Source of the DNA: Camelus dromedarius | Taxonomy: Eukaryota | DNA: 64,000 nt | Assembly: GCF_036321535.1 (NCBI RefSeq) | Contig: NC_087437.1 | Span: 22,198,001-22,262,000 of the forward strand | Direction: 5' to 3' | Part shown: positions 63,478-64,000 of the stretch, one piece after another | Layout: each line of letters begins with the position of its first letter | Position numbering within the stretch: position 1 is the stretch's first letter | The notes under the pieces: model-generated | Databases searched by the model: none | Told to the model about the DNA's origin: nothing | The model's input: only the letters and a program-made list of their open reading frames with translations | Program-made: the position numbers and the translations under genes

Positions 63478-63901
63478 CTGCGATACAGCGGAAGTACCTT
63501 CTGTTCCGGCCTCTTGGTCTCGGCTGCAGAAGCGAGATGACGAAGGGAACGTCGTCGTTGGGAAAGCGTCGGAGTGAGACGCACACTGTGGGCCGCCGAT
63601 TTGGCTGTAAGGCCCACCATCTTCAGAAGTCTACCTGTGGCAAATGCAGCCACCCTCCCAAGTGAACGAGGAAGTGTAACTGGAGCGCTGAAGCTGAAAG
63701 ATGGGAGTACCACCGGGACCGGGCAAATGAGGCGCCTAAGAACTGTACGCTGCAGACTCAGGCACGGATTCCGTGAGGGAAGGGCTCTCTGAGCCCAAGA
63801 GGGCAGCTGTTGTGGCATCCAGTTCATCTTAAAGATTTCAACGATTAGCTGCACAATAAATGTTCTGGCTTTGAAAACCAAAAAAAAAAAAAAAAAAAAA
63901 A
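63478..63901 (+). pseudogene. RPL37: Processed pseudogene (retrocopy) of 60S ribosomal protein L37 (eL37)
   Basis: ATG at 63537 reads [54 protein letters not shown]. After a +1 frameshift it reads STTGTGQMRRLRTVRCRLRHGFREG, and after a second +1 frameshift EPKRAAVVASSSS*, ending at TAA 63830-63832. Premature TGA at 63663. No introns, AATAAA at 63855-63860, A run 63880-63905, perfect 12-bp TSD AAAAGTGAGAAG at 63466-63477 and 63902-63913. Confidence 0.98.
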
Positions 63902-64000
63902 AAAAGTGAGAAGTCTCTCCTCAGTTCTTCAGAAGCAGTCATACTACCAGTTTCTTCTTTAACATTCCAGGATGGCGGCACCCCATCTACTGTGCGCCTT

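Noticed and set aside
63372..63881. 169-aa minus-strand ORF
   Set aside because: It is the antisense of the RPL37 pseudogene. The 63574-63792 ORF likewise only picks up the frameshifted middle of that pseudogene.
1..64000. CRISPR arrays, operons or a novel multi-gene system
   Set aside because: This is mammalian repeat-rich noncoding DNA. I saw no regularly spaced repeat-spacer array or dense coding region.

Overview
Mammalian genomic DNA, very probably camelid (alpaca, llama or camel). The evidence is four tRNA-Ala(AGC)-derived SINEs of the camelid vic-1 type plus lineage-specific L1 3' ends. The window looks intergenic or deep-intronic. I see no intact protein-coding gene or convincing exon chain, and the ORF track is almost all chance ORFs and repeat translations. 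Much of the window is interspersed repeat: L2, MIR, old L1M, young 5'-truncated L1s, MaLR/ERVL/ERV1 solo LTRs, and hAT and Tc2 DNA transposon fossils. The only gene-derived feature I recognise is a full-length processed RPL37 pseudogene at 63.5-63.9 kb. I did not find a new biological system. The most notable oddities: (i) a strongly A/T-to-G/C-biased mutation spectrum in the RPL37 retrocopy despite an intact poly(A) tail and TSD, echoed by other CpG-rich patches; (ii) a ~210 bp inverted L1 insertion joining the ORF2 endonuclease start directly to the 3' UTR; (iii) a multi-layer nested transposon stack at 32-36 kb; (iv) several repeat-free, motif-rich blocks that may be enhancers. Repeat subfamily names come from recalled consensus sequences, and boundaries are approximate unless a TSD or TIR is quoted.
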